NCBI GenBank assembly: GCA_043228905.1
Contig: JBHGNT010000016.1
Location: 17,546,001-17,610,000, forward strand
Length of the DNA: 64,000 nucleotides
Reading direction: 5' to 3'
DNA from: Azolla caroliniana
Taxonomy: Eukaryota; Plantae; Polypodiophyta
A program made the translations under genes and the position numbers. Under the pieces are notes generated by a model. That model saw nothing but the letters and a program-made list of their open reading frames with translations. It did not search any database and was not told the origin of the DNA. This document shows positions 59,489-64,000 of the stretch, in pieces (position 1 is the stretch's first letter; each line of letters starts with the position of its first letter).

Positions 59489-62400
59489 AAAATGACGCTG
59501 CGAAAATGGGAGCCAAGTTTTGGTCTTCCGTTCTCGAGTATGAGAAGATGGGGAAGGTCACATCGAACGAGGTAGAGCTTGTAGACCGAAGCGTGCAAAG
59601 CATAACCGGGTGGTCGGATCCGGTGGACGACAACACCATACTCGCGGAGGTGATGTGCGACAACCACGAGGTGTTCGTCGAAGAAAAGAGAAAAAGAATA
59701 GAAGAGCAAGGACCATCAAAAAGACATGAAACAAGGAACACGAAAAAGAAGGACGATGCAGAGATGAGTTGACCTTTACAAATGGAGGAACGAGAATCAA
59801 GCCAAAAAGGGGTACCGAGCACATGAGTTGAAGAAACAGTTCGGCCCGTGAAGGTTGGTGTCGAAGACCCCGCTCAGAGGACAAGGACTATACCTACCTA
59901 TAAGCTAAGGTCGGACATAGAGCAGATGACGGACCTAAAGAAGATTCTCGAAGAACGAGTTCTTGATAGCCACGTAACTTTTTCCTTGAGGGAATTGCTT
60001 GGCATTATGAAGGAGTTCCATGACACGATCGTGGACCTTGTAAAGAGAAAGAGACAACAATCGGACGAGGAAGAAGAGAAGCCACAAAAAGCAAAAACGA
60101 ATGCCATAACGATGGCAAGAGACGAAGTCGATGAAGATATGGTGGACAGCCACTATACTCGACCTCATTGGGCACGAGCGACAATGGAGACGCCGGTGAA
60201 GATCGGGGAGAAGAAGGAAACCGTGGTAGCTTTGATTAACCATGGCTCAGAGATCAACCTCATGTCAAACGACTTCTACAAAAAAGGAAGATGGCCAATC
60301 AATACAAACCACGGATGGAAGATTCGCGCGGCAACAAAGTCTATGGAGGACTTGTACGAAGCTTGTCCCAATGTCAAAGTCACGATCGGGGATGTGGAGA
60401 TGGATCAACACTTCTTCGTGCAAGAATCGGCGTCGCATCCTGTCATCCTAGGGCAACCATATATCACATCATCTTGGATGGAGACCAAAGTGTTCGATAA
60501 TGGAGCAGTCTTCGCACGAATAAAGAGTCTTGACAACCAAAGATCGGTCCAATTCCTAACGGTGCGAGCCAATCATGAAAGGAATCGAGATAGTCTCGGT
60601 GGCGAATCCTCGGATTTTTAGAGCGGACTATTGAAGCATGGGGCACAAATAGTCCGAGCAATCACAAGACCCCACAAGAAAGAAGAGTGTGCGGATTGCG
60701 AGGAGAAGCAACATGTGTCACACCTAGTGGCGCATGTAAACTAGTACTACCCGACAAGAAGGACAAGTGTTAGATACAAGAATTCGAGAAGATGCTAAAA
60801 GAAGAAAACATAATAGAAGAAGGAGAGTTCGTGACTCATATTATGGAAGAAGCCTCATTTAACGACACCATTGGCGAAATCGAGGACGTTGTGGACTTGA
60901 GCTATCTTCACGACCCCACAAATAGTCCGAGCAATCACAAGACCCCACAAGAAAGAAGAGTGCGCGGATTGCGAGGAGAAGCAACATGTGTCACACCTAG
61001 TGGCGCATGTAAACTAGTACTACCCGACAAGAAGGACAAGCGTTAGATACAAGAATTCAAGAAGATGCTAAAAGAAGAAAACATAATAGAAGAAGGAGAG
61101 TTCGTGACTCATATTATGGAAGAAGCCTCATTTAACGACACCATTGGCGAAATCGAGGACGTTGTGGACTTGAGCTATCTTCACGACCAACGCATGATTT
61201 CGGTTAACGCATGATTTTGCATTCTTCCCACAAGAAATCGGATGCGCCGACCCAAAGGTTATAGAGCCGATGGTGATCTTCATGGTGCCTCATGTGCCTT
61301 GGAATTTGAAACTGATACCGGTTCCGAGAGCACACCTTCCGAAGTTGATCGAGCTCTTAAAGGAGAAGGTGAGTATGGGAATTCTAGAACCGTCGAATGC
61401 TCCTTATTCCAATAGGTGGTTCACGGTGCCGAAGAAGAATGGATCATTGCGATTCATCCAAGATCTTCAACCCGTTAACAAGGTGACAATTCGAAATGCC
61501 AGAATCGGTCCGAGCATGGACGAATTTGCCGAAGCGTTTGCAGGCCGGTCCATCTACTCCATTGGCGATCTCTACTCTGGATATGACCAATTCCAATTGG
61601 CGATCAATAGTCGGGACATTACAACCATGAGGACTCCGATCGGGCTTGTGCGGATGTGTACCTTACCCCAAGGCGCAACGAACTCGGTGGCTCATATGGT
61701 GAATGCCATGAATAAAGTCTTGAAGGATTGCATCCCGGGCATCACGATGCCATTCTTGGATGATATTCCGATAAAAGGATGTTCGGATGAGGAGAAAGAT
61801 GAATCGAAAGATAAGGAAGGTTGTAGAAAGTTCGTTGCGGATCATATGAAAGATTGTGAGAAGGTGCTTCAAAGGCTCGAAGATGCGAATTTGACATTTT
61901 CGGGAGAAAAATCCGCATTCGGGCAACCGGAGATCTTGGTGGTAGGTCACTTGTGTGGGGCATACGGCCGGAAGCCTTCGCCATACAAAGTGAACGCGAT
62001 CCAAGACATGAAAGAAGAATGTGAAAACCAAACGGAGGTTAGAAGGTTCCTTGGAGCATGCGCATTTTATCATATCTGGATTCCGCACTATGCTCATGTC
62101 GTTGAACCGTTATATGTACTACTAAAATAAAGAATGAAGTTCAAATGGCAAGACGAGCACACAAATGCGATGCGAAGATTGAAGAAACTGCTTCTTGAAG
62201 CTCTGGCAATAAGGAAGGCCGACTATGCCGAAGGGAAGCCGATTTACGTGACCGTAGATACGAGCCCAACCGGAATCGAGTGGGTCATCAATCAAGAAGG
62301 AGAAGATAATGCGCGATATGTTGTCCGGTTCAGAGCAAAGGTTCTCAGCGAACAGCAACAAAGATATGCCCAAGTCAAGCGGGAACTTTGGGGTATTGTG

Positions 62401-64000
62401 TCGGTAGTGAAGACGGACAAAGATTACCTGATCGGGTCGGAAGTGATAATAGAGACAGATTGTCTCCCAATTCTCGGAATGGTCTCGGGATGTGCGACCC
62501 CAGATCTTGCTATGCTAAGGTGGATCGCCTACATCAAGTCTTTAAACCCAGAGATCTGTCACATTGCAGGGAAGAAGAATGCCATGGCTGACATGCTGTT
62601 GAGGGCAAGATTTGAAAATGGAAGCGACATGGTTTCGGAAGATGAAGATGTCGCCCTCGACTTCTTCAAGTTGGCTCGATTATCGGCGGAAGACCAGGAC
62701 ACGCAAACCCTCCACGCCTTCAACGAGAACGAGTATGAAGGAGAGTGGTTACTGATCGGTAGATTCCTAAGAACATTGACGGTAGATGCTTCGTTGACAA
62801 AGGAGGAGGCCCTACGAATCCGGAAGAAAGCTTACTGATACTTCTTGAAGGGAGGATTCCTTTGGCGACATCCAAAAAGAAGGACAAGAATACCACGTCG
62901 AGTGGTGGTGAAGAAAGAAGAGCAAGAGACGTTGATGACCGAATTCCACGAGAGTGCTTGGGCAGATCATAAAGGAACATGGGTGACGTTCAAAAAGTTG
63001 AAGGAGAAGTATTGGTGGCCAAGCATGTACAAAGATGTACTCCATTTCGTGTCCACATGCGAAACTTGCCAAATATATTCAAATATACGTCATCGCGATG
63101 AGTTACAGCTGACATACCCACTCACCATACACTTCAAATGGATGGTGGATCTGGTCTCGATGCCAATGGGAGTGGGACAAATGTAGTACTTAGCACTGGC
63201 AAGGGAAGACTTGACAAATCAAGTGGAAGGACGAGCCTTGACAAATAAGACGACTTCAGTCGTTTGCAAATTTCTGCTTGAAGAGGTTGTTTGCCGATAC
63301 GGATGTGTGGGGAAGATAGTGGCCGACCGAGGGGAGTTGGATGCGCACAAAGCGACGAAGCTCTTCGAACGACTAGGCGTGAAGCTCTCCCTCACGACTG
63401 CCTACAATCTGGAAGTGAATGGGAAGATCGAACGAGGGCATGGACCTATCGTTAAAGCCATCATACGAGCATGCAATGGTCGAGTCAAGAATTGGCCACG
63501 ACTATTACCCTATGCCTTGTGGGCCGATAGAACGACACACAGCTCGGTGACAGGGTATATGCCGACGAAGCTTATGTATGGACAAAAGCTGGTTATGCCC
63601 ATCGACAGGACGATCGCCTCATGGGTAGCGATACTGTGGGAGAACGAGATGAGCCGAGAAGAGTTATTAGCGGCGCAGATAAGGCAACTTGAAAGAAGAC
63701 CTGAAGATCTAAAAAAAGCGCGAAAGATGATGGAGGCAGCCCGAGTAAAGAACAAAGTTTGGTTCGACAACACGCATCGACTTCATCCCAAGAAGATTGA
63801 AGAAGGAGATTGGGTTTTGGTTTATGACAGTAGCCTTGACAATCAACACAGTACAACAAGAAAGTTTGCAAGAAGATGGTTCGGGCCATATGTGGTGACA
63901 AGTGCCAACGATAATGCCACATACCACCTTGCGGAGCTAGACGGATCAAGGTTGGTCGTACCCATTGCGGGAAAAAGAGTAAAGATTTTCAAGAAAAGAC
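59489..64000 (+). mobile_element. Atypical Ty3/Gypsy element K, internal part (gag C-terminus, PR, RT, RH, INT), degenerate, runs off the window
   Basis: ALINHGSEINL (decayed PR), RWFTVPKKNGSLRFIQDLQPVN, LPQGATNS, FLDDI, VTVDTSP, YWWP..C..C, ADRGE, RWFGPY. Confidence 0.9.
60644..61188 (+). repeat. 273-bp tandem duplication in K
   Basis: 60644-60916 repeated at 60917-61188 with few differences. Confidence 0.93.

Overview
Eukaryotic (plant) nuclear DNA, most likely from a non-flowering land plant such as a bryophyte, lycophyte or fern (inference). About 85% of the window is nested retrotransposons. The three nests are: a gag-only element D containing Copia B, which contains Copia A; Copia E containing Gypsy G, which contains the young full-length Copia H; and Copia I interrupted by Copia F, which carries a solo LTR and a chromovirus J, followed by an atypical Gypsy K. 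There are also a chromovirus remnant and two LINE fragments. One host gene was reconstructed by hand on the minus strand (9 exons, 37962-43721, about 532 aa, coiled-coil, TSNAXIP1-like). The most unusual signals are: (1) Gypsy G has no polypurine tract but a tRNA-3'-end-like motif (...GGGCGTGCCA) in a hairpin 2 nt before its 3' LTR, the inverted copy of its PBS, plus a long extra ORF; (2) two diverged chromovirus LTRs both carry an antisense tRNA-like A/B-box module and a palindrome after the TATA box, linked to Tf1-type self-priming; (3) predicted -1 frameshift signals, one of them between protease and RT. Family and tRNA assignments come from recalled motifs, not database searches. Coordinates were counted by hand.
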